NCBI RefSeq assembly: GCF_009834535.1
Contig: NC_045697.1
Coordinates: 47,990,001-48,054,000 of the forward strand
DNA: 64,000 nt
Source: Camelus ferus
Lineage: Eukaryota
Direction: 5' to 3'
Part shown: piece after piece, positions 24,490 through 39,669 of the stretch
Layout: the number at the start of each line of letters is the position of its first letter
Position numbering within the stretch: position 1 is the first letter of the stretch
Translations under genes and position numbers: made by a program
Notes under the pieces: model-generated
What the model was told of the DNA's origin: nothing
The model's input: the letters and a program-made list of their open reading frames with translations, nothing else
Database searches by the model: none

Positions 24490-26680
24490 CATTCAGCAAA
24501 ATTATTTTGAAATTTACCCATGTTGTCATGTGTATCAATAGGTCATTCCTCTTTATTACTGAGTAATACTTTATTGTTCCACATTTTATTTATCTATTAG
24601 CCTGTTGATAGGCATTTGGGTTGTTTACAGTTTTTAGCTATTACAGATAAAATTGCTAAGAACATTTGAGTTCAACTGAGTCTTTGAGTGTACATATGTT
24701 TTTATGTTTTTGGGTAAATATTTTGGAGTGGAATGTCTGCATCATGTGATAGGTATATATTTAATATTTAACTCTTTAATAAACTATGAAACTGTTTTCC
24801 AGTGTTGTACTATTTTTCACCCTTACCTGCAGCATATGAGCATTCCAGTTGCCCCACATTATCACCTCATCAGTCTTTAAATTTAGCCATTCTGGTAGAT
24901 AGTATCTCATTGTGGTTTAATTTTTATTTCCCTAATGACTAATGACATTGAGCATCTTATCATGTACTTATTTGCCATACATATGTCTTAATGGGTAAAG
25001 TATATGTTAAGATGTTTTGTCTAATAAGAAAATTTTCTTATTACTGACTTTTGAGAGCCCTTTATTTGTTTATGCTGGATATAATTTTATATTATACATA
25101 TGATTTGCAAATATTTTTTTCCCAGTCTGTGATTTGCTTTTGCATGTTACAGTGTTTTTCAAAGAACAAAAAAGTTCTTATTTTGGTGAAGTTCAGCTTA
25201 TCAATTTTTTGTTTTATGGATCATACTGTTTTTCTGTTGTTTAAGAAATCTTTGCTAAACACATGATCGCTAAGATTTTCTCTTGTTTTCTAAGAGATAT
25301 TTTACAATTTTAGCTTTTATATTTACAGTTCCCTGTATCTCTTTAAAATAGCGATAATGAAAACATCTACAATTTAGGGTAGTTGTGATTACTAAGTGAA
25401 GTGTAAAGATTGAGGTTGCGTTGTTTGAGTATGACAATCTAATTGCTCCAGCACTACTTATTAAAGATTATCCTTTCCCTATTGAATTGCCTTGGTACCT
25501 CTGTTTAAAATTGCCCATATATATGTGAGTTTACTTCTAGACTCTATTCTCTTCATCTGTTTGTTTATCTTTATGCTGATACCTCATTACCAGGATTACT
25601 ATACCTTTATAGTAATTCTTGATATCAGGTAGTATAAGTCTTCTAATTTTATTTTTCCTTTTCAAAGTTACTTTGGCTGTTCTAGGTCCTTAATATTTCC
25701 ATGTAAATTTTAGAGTAAGCTTGTCAATTTCTATGAAAACTACCTGCTGGAATTTGATTGGAATTGCGTTCACTCTATAGGTGAATTTGGGGAGAATTAA
25801 CATCTTTGACAGTGTTGAGTCTTCTGTCATATGAACATGCTATATGTCTTCATTTACTTAGCTCTTTAATTTTTCTCAGCAGTGTGTTACAGTTTTCAGT
25901 GTACAGGTCTTGCACATTTTTTCGTATTAATCTCTAAGTGTATAATTTTTGATACTGTTATAAATAGTATTCTAAAAATTTTAGTTTCTGTTTGCTTGTT
26001 GCTTTTGTACAGAAATGCAGTAGTTTTTTGGGGGGGCTGTATATTTGTATTGTGTCCCACCGTCTTGCTAAACTTACTAGTTCCGTACCTTTTTTTTAGA
26101 TTCTGTAGAATTTTCTGATTATACACAATTGTGTCATCCGAGAATAAAGATGAGCTTAGTTCCTCCTTCCAGTTTCAATGCTTTTTATATCTTTTTCTTG
26201 CCTGATAACATGGGCTGGAACCTGCAATACAAAGTTGAATAGAAGTGAGCAAGAAAGCATTCAAAATTTCACTAGTAAGTATGATGTTAGCTATAGATTT
26301 TTCATAGATGCCATTTATCAAACAGTACATTTCCTTTTATTTTTTAAATGAGAGTTCTTTTTCTTTTCAAATAAGAACAGTGGTTTAGATTATTTAAAAG
26401 TGCTTTTTATACCTCTGTTGATGATATTATATAATATATATTAGTCTGGATAAAGGTGGATTATAGGTGGATTATATTGATTTTTTTGGAGTGTTAAACA
26501 GCCTTGCATTCCTGGGATAGTCACAACTTGGTATATCACCCTTTTTATACATTACTGGTTTTGGTTTGCTAAAAATTTTAAAAACATTTCATGTACTGTC
26601 CTTGTTTGGTTTTCATATTAGGGTAATGTTCACCACAACTTTATGGAAGAGTTTGCATAGAATTCGTATTTCTTCCTGAA
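24490..26680 (-). mobile_element. Old L1M LINE remnant
   Basis: Continuous degenerate antisense ORF2/3' motifs (tatctcattgtggtttaa, ctattgaattgccttggtacc, ccttgcattcctgggat). Confidence 0.85.
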
Positions 26681-27159
26681 AGGCTAACCATGGTTGAGAA
26701 CTACTGGACTACATATGATTTCTGTTTCCTTCTATTTTTTTCCTAAAATTTTAATTCTGTTCTTATATAATAAGATACATACATTCTTATAAATAAAGAG
26801 CAATTCATATGTATTATTTAATGCATGAACCTCCTTGGAGGTGCAGTGGGAGAAGTAAATAAATTTTGCTAGGTACAGCTCAGAGCAAGCTGATGTTTGA
26901 TTTGAATTTTTCAGTGAAGCAGAATTGACTCCAACAAACTTGAGGAGCTATAGGAGAGGGGAAGTCAGTGGTGTGCTACAGTGGTGTGCTTGAGTTGGCT
27001 TGTGCTGACTTGAAAGTGCCTGACACTCAGCAGTTGATGGCTGCTGTTTAGTACTCAGGAGAAGGCCCAGAGTTCTTGTGAAGTTTCTCTCTGTTCTGCT
27101 GCTCTGTCCTCAGACTTCCAGGTTGAGCATATGAAGTGGTAATGGTATATTGGATAAGA

Positions 27160-27370
27160 CTGGGGCTGTAGAAACAGGCTGCTTGGGTAAAAATCCCAGC
27201 TCTGCTGCTCTTTAGCCATGTAACCAGAGGCAAGTTCTCTTTGCTTCTCCAAAACAGAGATAATTAAAACACCTACAACTTGAGAGTAGTTGTGATTATC
27301 AAGTAAATTAATACATGTAGAACACTATGAATGACGTTTTAATATGGTTGGTACTCATTGAATGATAGTT
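27160..27370 (+). mobile_element. MIR SINE
   Basis: aaatcccagctctgctgctctttagccatgtaacc...ggcaagt...gttgtgattatcaag. Confidence 0.7.
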
Positions 27371-27613
27371 ATAACCTGTTATTTGTGTCATGGAAATTGC
27401 TAAGATGCTCAGCCTTTAATGGAATGCCTGTCTGCTCCTCTTACTACCTGTAGACAATTTTAATTGGCCAGGATGTCTTTAGTCAAGAACTTTCGGGTAA
27501 GTAGGACTCATAACCTTTGACTTTTCCCTTTCTATTGTAAGTGACATTTTTGCAGTAGTACTTGATTTTCTAAATACTTGTTTAACATACGTCATACTCT
27601 GGACTCACTTCTG

Positions 27614-27830
27614 TGCAGGATTCTCAACCTTGGCAGTATTGACATTTTGAGCCAGATATTCCTTGTTGTGAGGGCCTGTCCTGAGCATTGTAAGATGTTT
27701 AGCAGCATCCATGACCTCTACTTACTAGAAGCTATTAGCAGCATACCCCCAAGTTGTGACAACCCAAAATATTTCAAGATGTTGTTAAATGTCCCCCGAA
27801 TGGCAAAATCATACCTGATTGAGGACCATT
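27614..27830. mobile_element. MER20 hAT-Charlie MITE
   Basis: ttctcaaccttggcagtattgacatttt...gcattgtaagatgtttagcagcatcc...gttgtgacaacccaaaa...ttgaggaccat. Confidence 0.85.
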
Positions 27831-27904
27831 TTTTAGAGGGGACTTCAGTGTGTGCTGTAATTTGAGACTGTGATTTGTTGTTTCAGTATTTCTTGGAAGT
27901 CATG

Positions 27905-28565
27905 CTCTTTGGTATTTACCCAAATGGATTGAAAAATTATGTCTACACAAAAACTTGTACTTGGGTGTTTATAGAACCTTCATCATGATTGCTAAAGCTT
28001 GGAAGCAACTAAGTTGTCCTTTAGTAGGTGAGTGGATAAACTGTGGCAAATCCAGACAATGGAAATATTACTCAGTGTTAAAAAGAAACAGGCTATCAAG
28101 CTATGAAAAGACATGGAGGAACCTGAAGTACATATTTCTGAGTGAAAGAAGCCACTCTGAAAAGGCTCCATACTATATGACTCCAACTATTGGACGTTCT
28201 ATTCTGGAAAAGGCAAAACCTTGGAGATAGTAAAATTATCAGTGGTTGCCAGGGGTTAGAGGAGAGGGAGGGATCAAGAGGCAGTGCACAGAAGATTTTT
28301 TAGGGCAGTGAAACTATTCTGTACAGTGCTACTTTAGTAGATACTTATCATCATACATAGGTCAAAATACATAGAATGTAAAACAGCAAGAGTGAACCCT
28401 ATTGTAAGCTATAAACTTTGGGGGATGATGTGTCAATGTAGGTTCATTGATTTTAGCAAATGTTGGAAGTATTGTGCTGTGTGGGGACACGGAGTATGGG
28501 AACTCAGTACTTTCTGCTAAGTTTTACTGTATATCTAAAATTGCTTAAAAGTAAAGTTTATTAAT
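27905..28565 (+). mobile_element. L1MC-type 3' end (sense to gene)
   Basis: ggtatttacccaaatgg...ggaagcaactaagttgtcct...agtggttgccaggggtt...agagtgaaccctattgtaagcta. Confidence 0.85.
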
Positions 28566-31193
28566 TAAATTGTTCTTTACTTCATATTACAAGAACAATT
28601 TATTGTCAGTATAGAAAAATTAGAGGATATAGCTAACTAGGACAAAAATTATCCATAATTCTATCATTCTTTCAGACTTTTTCCATACCCATTGGTACAG
28701 ATTTCATATATATACACTGTTTTGTTACAAAGATGGGATTATGCTATATGCAGTCAGTTTTTGTTTTCAGTTAGCAGTACATCGTGAATACTTTCCCACA
28801 GATTTAAATGTTCAACAATTAAAAAAAATTGAATTAGTGCCCTTCCACAATTGGAGAGTGGACTGTTCTGATTTTTTGAGATGCTTTTTGCTACATATAG
28901 ATTGCCAACTGTTAGGTTAGGCTACCAAAAAATAAGCATCCAGTCTATGCCTATTATAACTTAGTGTTTTTCTTTGGAATTATTTACTGCAGAACTGTAG
29001 ATTGGCACAAATATTGAGTATCAGAGAGGACCAAGTGATAGAATTTTGGGTAAACCAATTCTGTGGAATGTAAGTTTTGTGCTGCTTTGAAAAACTGTCA
29101 TTATTTGAATCCCATGTGTCTGTCTAAGAAAATCATGGAATTTTAGGGTGCTTATTAAAGGAAACTTGTTAATAGGCTATTATCACTGTAAAAAAGTTAC
29201 AAGTTTTTTTGGAGGCTAGTTCTCAAAAGTAAGGATAACAAGTGCAATAATAAGAGTTGGTGAAAGTTAAGTTTACAAGTTAAGTATAGAATATATGATC
29301 TTTTAGTTACTACTGTATGTATTTTTGGTCACATTTTGGAATAACTGGCATCACTTCCTAACCATCACTGGGGAGTCCTTTTTCATTTATTCACTTTGGA
29401 ATTGCCTCCTGAGAACATGGGATTTTATTATTTGGTGCATTTCTTGCATTCTAACTTTCCCTCTTCAAAATCATGTGGAAACTGAATTGTAGAAATTTTT
29501 TTTCCTGAGGCAGTTCATTTGTCTGCCTCAGTTGTATGGAGTTGGATTGCTGTAGCTTTTTCTTGCTGTATTTGATATGTTTATGTATAAAAACAAAATT
29601 ACAGTATCATTCATTAACTTAGTATTAATTTAGAAATTTTATGATATTTTTAATGCAGCCATTTTTGTATACATTAAATTATAGTGATTTTCATTAAATA
29701 TGTGTTAATCTGAAATTTCTGAATAGAAATTTTCTGGGATACTTTAATTAATGAGACATTTCTAAAATTACAGCCAACTGTCACTGAGAGGGAATTTTAA
29801 ATTAACCCTTGGGGGCATAAACTTGGGATTTTGTTGCATTTCTTCTGTGGCATAAAATCGTTCTTTAAGACAGAATAATCTAAATCTAGATTTCTACCTC
29901 ATGTTTATTTTCAAAATCTGAAAGAATTTATTTTAGAACTAGAAGATAGTCTAGTTGCTGACCCTGAAGAATCCTGAATTGAGAGATAGTCTGCTTTAAG
30001 TTTCAATTTCAAAGAAGAGTATGAGAACACATTTTAAAATTCAGTTAGTCATCTTATAACTGAATCTGTTCACTACACAAGTGATTATAATTGTGCATGC
30101 TGAAAAATGGGTTAAATGTGATGACAGTCAAATTCTGTAGTCTCCTATGCTGTAGTCTGCTTTTATGATGGGAAGTGACAAGGATATTTTATAATTCATA
30201 TAACTACAGGGTTTTTAAGGCATGTATACATGTAGAGAGAATTTGTGTGTTTTTGTTATTTATTATTAATAAATTTATACCCTCAATTATAATTTCTTTA
30301 AGAATGTGACAGCTGAATCAGTAGAGGATAAAGGTCCTCTTGGAAATGTGACTAAAAGAAATGCTGTTGAGCAGAAGAAAGTTAAAGGGATGAAGGAAGG
30401 AGGCAGCCACGATTGATAGTGTCATGTTGTTACTAGACTCTCTTATGGCTGGCAGTTTTTCATGTTAGGAGTGTGGTCTATAGGAAAGAGTCAGGAGAGC
30501 ATAAATAGATTTTTGAACTTTCCATGATCTTTCCTCTGCCAACCTATACAGCACTCTCTCTCCGTGCCTTCAGCGATATTTTTAGCAGCTTTGAACTGCT
30601 TATAATCCCTCTCTCTCATGTGTGTGTGTTAGAGGATTGTGGGGGTGGAGGAACTTTTCTAATATCCTGGGTCACCATAAGCCCTGTTAGAATTTATTAG
30701 TCATTAATAAAGTTGACTTATTATAACTCTTTGGCATTGTTACTAAAAGTCTGCAAAATCTGTGGTTTTAATTTTTGTGATTTTACTGGCTAAACTCAAT
30801 TTATGCTATATTTAGGCTGACATATTTATAAATGCCTTGAGGTGAAGCTAGAGATAGGGGAATCATACATTCTGTTTGTTTATTTTCTGTTTTTACTCTC
30901 TTAAGTGGTGTTTTGAATGGTAAAGTAATTTTCCCCGGTTGTTTTGCTTTACCAAGAGACAAGAAGACTTAAATTATTTTATTTCTTGAGTGTATTTCTG
31001 ATGATGATATTATGAGTAATTATAGATTAACCAGTATATGTAGTTCACATCATCACGAAAATTGCTTTATCCTCATTATAGTCTAGCCCTCCCTCCACCC
31101 CTTGCCCCTAGCAGTCACTTATCAGTATTCTGTCCCCATAGTTTAGATTATTCTGGAATATCATAAATGGATTTATATAGTACATAGCCTTTT

Positions 31194-33447
31194 TAAAAAT
31201 TTGAGATTATAATTGACATGTAACATTGTATTAGTTTCAGGTGTACAGCATAATGACTTGATACATGCATATACTGTGAAATGATTACCACGAGGTGAGT
31301 TTCGTTAACATTCTTCACTACATAGTTATACAATTTTTTTGTGTGTGTATGATGAAAACTTTCAAGATTTCTCTTAGCAACTTTCAGATGTACTGTACGG
31401 TATTACTAACTTTAGTCACCAAGTTGTGTATTACATCCCCGGGACTTGTTTTGTAACTGGAAGTTTCTACCTCTTGACTCCCTTCACCCATTTTGCCCCC
31501 CTCCCCAACCCCTGCCTCTGGCAGCCACCAATCAGTCTATGAGTATATTTATTTGTTTATTTGTTTGTTTGTTTTTTTGGATTCCACATTAAAGTGAGTT
31601 ACAGTATTTGTCTTTCTATGTCTGACTTACATCACTTAGGATAGTACCTTCAGAATCGATCTATGTTGTTTCAAATGACAGGATTTCCTTTTTTTTTTAA
31701 ATGACTGATATTTCATTGTGTGTTTTGTGAGTGAGTGTATATGTATGTGTATCACATTTTCTTTATCCCTTCATTGTTGATGGACACATAGATTGGTTGT
31801 ATGTTTGGCTATTGTAAATAATGCTGCAGTGAACATGAGGGTGCAGGTATCTTTTCTGGTAGTGATTTTGTTTTCTTGGAATAAATACCCAAAGTGGAAT
31901 TACTGGATCATACTGTAGTTCTGTTTTCAATTTTTTGAGGAACCTCCTTACTGTTTTCCATAGTGGCTGTACCAGTTTACATTCCCACTAACAGTGTGCA
32001 AGGGTTCCCTTTTCTCCACATCCTCACCAACACTTGTCTCTTGTCTTTTTGATAATAGCTATTTTAACAGATGTGAGGTGATATCTCATTGTGGCTTTGA
32101 TTTGCATTTCCCTGATAAATAGTGATGTTGAGCCCCTCTTCATGTACCTATTTTGAAAAGTGTCTGTTTAGATACTTTGCCCATTTTTAAATGGGATTTT
32201 TTTCCTATTGAGTTGTATGAGTTCTTTATATATTTTGGATATTAACTTCTTGTCAGATATATGATTTACAAATATTTTCTCGCGTTCTGTAGGTTGCCAT
32301 TTCATTTTGTTGATGGTTTCTTTTACCGAGCAGGAGCTTTTTAGTTTGATTTAGTCCAACATGTTTATTTTTGTTTTTGTTTCCTTTGCTTTTGTGTCAA
32401 ACCCCCAAAAGCATTGCTAAGTCAAGGAATTTACACCCTATGTTTTCTTCTAGGAGTTTTATGGTTTTGAGTCTATATTCAGTTCTTTAATTAATTTTGA
32501 GTTGATTTTTGTGTATGGTGTATGATAGGCTGTTCAGTTTTCCCATCATCACTTACTGAAGCAACTGTTCTTTTCCCATTGTATGTTCTTGGCTCCTTTG
32601 TTATAAATTAACTGATTGTATATTTGTGGGTTTATTTCTGGTCTCTCTGTTTTGTTCCATTGAGTGATGTATCTGTTTTTATTCAAAATCATACTGTTTA
32701 TTGCTTTGTAATACAGTAAGAAATCAGGAAGCATGTCTACAGCTTTGTTCTTTCTCCAGATTTCTTTGGCTCTTCAGCGTCTTTTGTGGTTCCATATAAA
32801 TTTTAGGATTGTTTGTTCTATTTCTGTGAAAAATGCCATGAGAATTTTATCAGGATTGCGTTGAATCTGCAGATTGCTTTGGGCATTTATGGATATTTTG
32901 ACAGTATTAATTCTTCCAATCCATGAGCATGGAGTATCTTTCCATCAGTTTGTGTCTTTAGTTTCTTTCATCAGTGTGTTACAGTTTTCAGTGTAAGGTC
33001 TTTCACCTTGGTTAAATTTATTCCTAAGTATTTTATTCTTTTTGATACAAATGTTAATCTGTTTTTTTTTCTGAATTTCTCTGATAGTTTGTTATTAGTG
33101 TATAGAAACAACAGATTTTTTGTATATTGATTTTGTATCCTGTAACTTTACCAAATTCATTTATTCTAACAGTTTTTTTGTAGAGTCTTTAGCTATATGT
33201 GATAACATGTTACCTGCAAACAAATAGTTGTACTTCCTTTTCGATTTGGATCTTTTTTTTTTTCTTTCTTTCTTTTTCCTATCTAATTGCTCTGGCTAAG
33301 ACTTTCAGTACCGTGTTGAATGAAAGTGGCAAGAGTAGGCATCCTTGTCTTGTTCCTGATCTTAGAGGAAAAGCATTCAGGTTTTCACCATTGAGTATGA
33401 TGTATGTTGTGGGCTTGTCATACATGGCCTTTATTATATTGAGGTGT
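31194..33447 (-). mobile_element. L1MA-type LINE (~2.25 kb) nested in an older L1 (~31050-31190 and ~33465-34795)
   Basis: Minus-strand ORF2 remnants (LPDF..YYKA, QWNKTERPEINPQIY). Residual TSD atagcctttt at 31184-93 and 33455-64. Host L1 3'UTR resumes across the insertion. Confidence 0.9.
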
Positions 33448-36354
33448 ATTGTGTATAGCCTTTTGAGTATGGCATCTTTAATTTAGCATTAATGCATTTG
33501 CCATTCATCCATGTTGTGTGTATCATTAGTTCAATCCTTTTTTATTGCTGAGTAATATTTCACTGTATGGCTGTACCACAGTTTACCTTTTTGTCAGTTG
33601 AAGGTCATTTGGGTTTTTTCCAGTTTTGGGTGGTTATAAATAAACTTGCTACAAATATTTATGCATGAATTTTTGTATGAGCATAAGTTTTAATTTTACT
33701 CGGGTAAATACCTGGGGATAGGATTGCTGGGTTGTATAAATGTGTTTATAACTTTATGAGAAGCTACCAAACTGTTTTCTGAAGTGGCAGTACTATTGTG
33801 CTTTCCCACCAACAAAATATGAGGGTTTGTGTATGTATGGATGTATGTACAAATATGTGTATATGTATAAACATATACACAAGGATGTGGGTGTATGTGT
33901 GGGAGGCTTCCTTGTCAGTCTTAGCTATTGTTAAGTTTTCAGTGTAATCATTTTAATAGGTATGTAGTGATATCTAATTGTGATTTTAAGTTGCATTTCC
34001 CTAATGCCTTATGTTGAGCATTTTTTCATGTGCTTATTTTCTGTCTGTGTATCTTCTTGGTGAAATCTCTGTTAAATGTTTTTGCCACTTTTTAAAAAAT
34101 TGGAATATCATGTTCACTTCTGCAGCACATATTTTCTTATAATTTTGTTTTGAGAGTACTTTATATATTCTGGAGTACTTTTTCACATAAGTGTTTTGCA
34201 GATATTTATTCTCAATCCCTGGACATGTCTTTTCAATCATGTTTCAAAGATCAGATGTTTTAAATTTTTAAGAAATCTAGTTTGTCAGTATTTTTTTTTA
34301 TGGATTGTGCTTTTGTTTTATCTAAGAAATGTTTACCTAATCCAGGGTCACAAAGATTTTTCTCTTATATTTTCTTTTATAAGTTTTATAGTTTTTGGTT
34401 TTACGCTTAAGCTTAGATCCTTCTAACTTATTTTGTTTATGGTGCAAAGTGTGGATTGATGCTTATTTTTTTATTTTGGCATACAGATCTCCAGTTTTCC
34501 CAGCACCATTTGTTGAAAAATCTGTCCTTTCTCGATATATTGAGTACCTTCACACCTTTATGAAAATCTATTGACTGTATGTGTATGGGTCTATATCTGG
34601 TTTCTTGGTCCTGTTTTCTTGAACTATACACGTCTATGTTTCCATCAGTACCAAACTGCTTGGATTATTGTTGCTTTCTAGTAAGGCTTGATATCAGATA
34701 GTGGGGACATCCAAGTTTACAGTTCTTTTTCAAAAGTGTTTTGTTTCTTCTAGATCCTTCCACATACATTTTAGAATCAGCTTGTTGATTTTTACATGGG
34801 GAAATATTCTAAAGAACAGGTGAAAGATGATTTCCACTATGAGGGATAGATGGGACTTTGACATCATTGAAAGAGATGAGAATGTATGTACCAGAAGAAA
34901 TAAAAAATTCAGGCTACATCAAAAAAGTGGAAAAATAAGGGTTTGGGTAGGAACTCATAGTCCCAGAAAAATTGATGTTGAAAATTTTAATATAGTCTAA
35001 TTCCCTCCCATTTTCTGTGGGATAGTTAGATTGTATTCAGTATCTTTAGATAAATGGGAGACATTAAATACAAAAAGCATTAAAGCATAGTGTTTGTTAG
35101 GTAGAGACCTAATTTGAAATGATAGGATGAGAATCATAAGCTTTGGTTGTCTAAATTGATTGCTGATGAAATAAAATGAAACTTGTCTAATAGTAGCCTT
35201 ATATTGGAATTTTGAAGTGCTTGGTAGATTTGTAATTCCAGGTCTTCATTTTTCCTTTTAGTATTTATGTTTTGTGTTGCTGCTGCTGTTGTCTTCTAGT
35301 ATGCCAAAGATGGGAGAAAATTTCTAGATATGCAGAAAAGGAGTTTTATTCTTTCTGCTTTTTCTCTCCCTCCTGAGAGCACTTTTACGAATAGACTATA
35401 CTTTTTCCTTTTTATAGAGTAAGAAGTTATCTTTCTGCATTACCCTAAAGTTATTTTTGGATTACCTTTAGAAAGAAGTATAACAATCATTATGTTTATG
35501 TCATTCATACCCAGGGCTTTATTGTTACATATGCCTGTGCATTTTTCTTGGGTAGATAACTGGTTTGACTTGGCATATGAAGTAGATCCCTAATAGTAAA
35601 CTGACTAGAAATAAAACATATTGAGTCCATATATTTCTAAAGGCCAAAAGAATCCTTGGTACAACTTTTATCTGATTATTTGGTTTACCAGTAAGAATCA
35701 TAGAGAAAATATGATCCCTGGGTTAAGAAACCATTTCTCATCACCTTAAGTTAAATGTACTGATACGTATTTAACCTTGTTATCTTTGTCTCATTCCCGA
35801 ATATTAGGCCATTTAAAACTTACCATTCTTGTCCTGGGAACCCTACTCTCTACTTGTCCTTGACCGTTCTGCAAGTTATCTGCTATTCATGACCCTCATC
35901 CTTCGTGATAAGGATATTTTATTCTCCCTTTAGCTGTACTAGTTTCCGCATAGTGGCAATAGGGAGCAATGCAACTACCTGATCAGGAGAAAAAAAGTAG
36001 TATCAAGAAGAAATGCCAAATTCTTAATAGAATTATTTGAAAGAATATTTAATAACTTTTTTTTTTATCAAGTCATGTTGTAAGAATGGTGTAAGGTACA
36101 TGAGGGCAAGGATACTGTTCATCTTTTCCACTGTTGAAGTCCTAGTGCTTGGTATAATACATGATAGTAGGCCTGCAGTAAATATTTGTTGAATAAGTGT
36201 AAAACTGGTCAAAAACATGAAATTCTGAAAGTTTGAAGATTATTTTTTCCATAATGATATGTGGCTTTACCATTGTAAAACATGGATTTTCTCTTGTTTT
36301 TGTTTGGAGTGGTGAAAGATTGGGAGACATCATGAAAACTTTGAATGGGTTCTT

Positions 36355-37550
36355 TTTTTAATTTATTTATTGAAATATAGTCAATTGCAATATGTCAATT
36401 TCTGGTGTAGAGCATAATGTTTCAGTCATACGAATACATACATATAATTATTTTCATATTATTTTTCATTATAGGTTACTACAAGATACTGAATATAGTT
36501 CCTTGTGTCATACAGAAGAAATTTGTTTTTTTATCTATTTTATATATAGTAGTTAGTATCCCACCCCCATCTCCCTGGCAACCATAAGTTTGTTAATATG
36601 TCTGTGAATCTGTTTCTGTTTTGTAGATAAGTTCATTAATGTCTTCTTTTTTGTTTCCTTTTTTTTTTAAATATATTCCACATATGAGTGATATCATATG
36701 GTATTTTTCTTTCTCTTTCTGTCTTACTTCACTTAGAATGATGATATCCAGATCCATCTATGTTGCTGCAAGTGGCATTATTTTATTCTTTTTTATGACT
36801 GAGTAGTATTCCATTGTATAAATATACCACGGCTTCTTTATCCAGTCATCTGTCAATGGACATTTAGGTTGTTTCCATGTCTTGGCTATTGTAAATAGTG
36901 CTGCTGTGAACATTTGGGTGCATGTATCTTTTCAAATTAAAGTTCCCTCCAGAAATATGCTCAGGAGTGGATTTGCTGGATTATACAATCCCTATCAAAT
37001 TACCCAGGGCATTTTTCACAGAACTGGAACAAATAATCCTAAAATTTATGTGGAATCACAAAAGGCCCAGAATTGCCAAAGCAGTAGTGAAGAAAAAGAA
37101 CAAAGCTGGAGGAATAACCCTCCCAGACTTCAGACAATACTACAGAGCTACAGTAATCAAAACAGCATGGTATTGGCACAAAAACAGATATATGGATCAA
37201 TGGAACAGAATAGAGAGCCCAGAAATAAACCCACAGACTTACGGTCGATTAATCTTCAACAAAGGAGGCAAGAATATACAGTGGAGAAAAGACAGTCTCT
37301 TCAGCAAGTGGTGTTGGGAAAACTTGACAGCTGCATGGATATCAGTGACATTAGAACAGTCCCTCACACCATACACAAAATAAACTCAAAATGGCTTAAA
37401 GATTTAAATATAGACAAAACACTATAAATCTCCTAGAAGAAAACATAGGCAAAACATTTTCTGACATAAGTCTTAGAGGTGTTCTCCGAGGGCAGTCTAC
37501 CCAGGCAATGGAAATAAAAGCAAAAATAAACAAATGGGACCTAATTAAAC
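36355..37550 (-). mobile_element. Young L1 with 5' inversion (minus part ~36355-36984, inverted plus part ~36985-37550), 13-bp TSD
   Basis: TSD TGAATGGGTTCTT at 36342-54 and 37551-63. The plus-strand part encodes [15 protein letters not shown]...[22 protein letters not shown]. Confidence 0.93.
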
Positions 37551-39669
37551 TGAATGGGTTCTTCCTGAATGTTTGCATTATTGTTATCTATGGACTTTAG
37601 TTGAATATGTCATTGAAGACAAATGCCATCCAGAGGCCTTTGGTATAGAAGAGGAGTGGGAATGTCGATGAAATTGTTATTTATCTCAGGGTGTCTTCTA
37701 AGCTCTTGTGATTGCCATCAGTCTTTATTTTCATCAATATAATTCTGCTCTATGCAGTGAGATTTGCTGGGTGCTGTTTTTCAGTATCAGCTGGTGAGCA
37801 CATTTAAGGAAGTTATAAATTTTGTATGACAGTTGTAGTGATTAATAGTTGTGTATAGATAGATATTGATGAAGAAATAGAAACTTCAGAAATGCTTCAG
37901 TGCAACAGTTATTTTGCTTTATTAAAGAAGGTAGACTTAGACATATTTTCTCAAAAAAGAAAGTGGTCTTAATTAAGAACAGATGGGAAGGACAGATGTT
38001 AGTCAAGGTGGGTATTCAATAAATAACAAATAATGTGTTGCATAACCTTTGGGAATAAATGGCAATAGAAGACAGATTTATCTGAGAATATGTAAAATGT
38101 AGTAAGTCATTGACGTCTTGCTCTAAAATGTAAGCAGAAATATCTAATGTAGGCTTAATTTTGTCTTCTTTCAACTTTGGGAACTCTGCCAGCATCTGCA
38201 GCTCTGCCCCAGATTGCTTTGCAAACTACTATTGAGACAATCACTTAATGTTTCTTTGGAAATAACTGTGTGTCTAATGGTTTGTACTTTATGGTTGGAT
38301 TCATTGAGTTAGAAATCTGTGATTCATTATGAAGCATTCTTTGGTGTTTGTAGCACTTTCTCTTTCTTATTCTAAATTCTGCATGATTATTGTGCTGAAC
38401 TATAGATTGAGATAAATGACTTTAAATTTATAGAAGGTGGTGGGAGAGAAGCTGTAGTTTAACACTATAGGATTAATATCTTTATATACACTGTAGAGCC
38501 TGGTGGGGTTTTTGTGTGTGTTTTTTTTTTTAAATAACCTGCTCCAAATGACCAAAATTAACAGAAGTTTAGTTCTGGCCTTTAATAATTTGCTTTGATT
38601 TGACTCAGATAACTATTATTATTGTTTTTTGGGGTGTTGGGGTAGGAAGGAGTTATGCTGTGTTATTTTCCTAGCCCCTAGCCCCAGGTATAAAACCTGA
38701 AATTTGGGATTCCTTAGCAATATTATATTTGGGGGGTATTTCATATATATCTTGTAACATGGTATTCATTGAACAGCATGTTATATAGGCATGTTGTATT
38801 TTATTTACAGTTTTGGAAACTCCAATTTAAATTTTTCTAGGGCAAAGTGGCCCTACTGTTACATATAATGTCACTTGTAATGTAAAAAAATTGGAATACA
38901 TTTTCCATGAAGTCAGTATTTTACAAATTTACCTGAAGTTTTTGCTTAGTGAAACAGAAAGCCGAGAAATAAACTAACGAAAATCTTCACCGTGTGTGGT
39001 AATTAATCTGTCTTTGGTGATGGAGATTAACTTGTTTACTTTCGGTATAGTCCATGTAGGAACTAACAAGTAGGAGATTATCAGTTTCTTTGTCCAGGAC
39101 TGACAGTATCAGAAACTTTGCACTAGCACCTGAGATGGCTCTATAGGTGATTTGCCAAGATCCAAGGAATGGGGGAAATTGGATGGCAGGTTCAGAGAAG
39201 GTTACGTAGTTATTAGGGGAGCTATGTGGAGTATTTTTCATACTATGGAAATGAGGTTGAGGACTGAAAGTTAAAAAATGCTGTGTTGCCAAGGGTCTTT
39301 TAGTTTACTTTGTTACATGATCAGGATCCTTGGTTATAAATTAGGTTGATGTAATGGGAGAATCCTTTGGGAACTGATGTAAGACATTGCAGAAATTGAA
39401 AACTCTTGGAAAAACTAATTCAAAAATCTGCCTCTTATCAATTCAAAAAAGAAGATGGAAAAAAAATAAGCTGCTAGGCTTTACAAAATAAAACATTCCT
39501 ATTTTCTGGATGAAAAGTGTCCGTCACTCTGTATTTAAGCCTTGGACTGACCTGTATGTGAGACTGTGAGAAAGCACATGTGTGTCACATTTAGAGACTT
39601 AAATTGCATTTGAATTATTATTTTATATACATACATATTTTTTTCTACTCACAGGCATACTGTTCCTAT

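Noticed and set aside
583..37427. ORFs at 583-966, 13681-13908, 32549-32734 and 36922-37383 as functional proteins
   Set aside because: Fragments of L1 ORF2 in truncated, non-autonomous copies.
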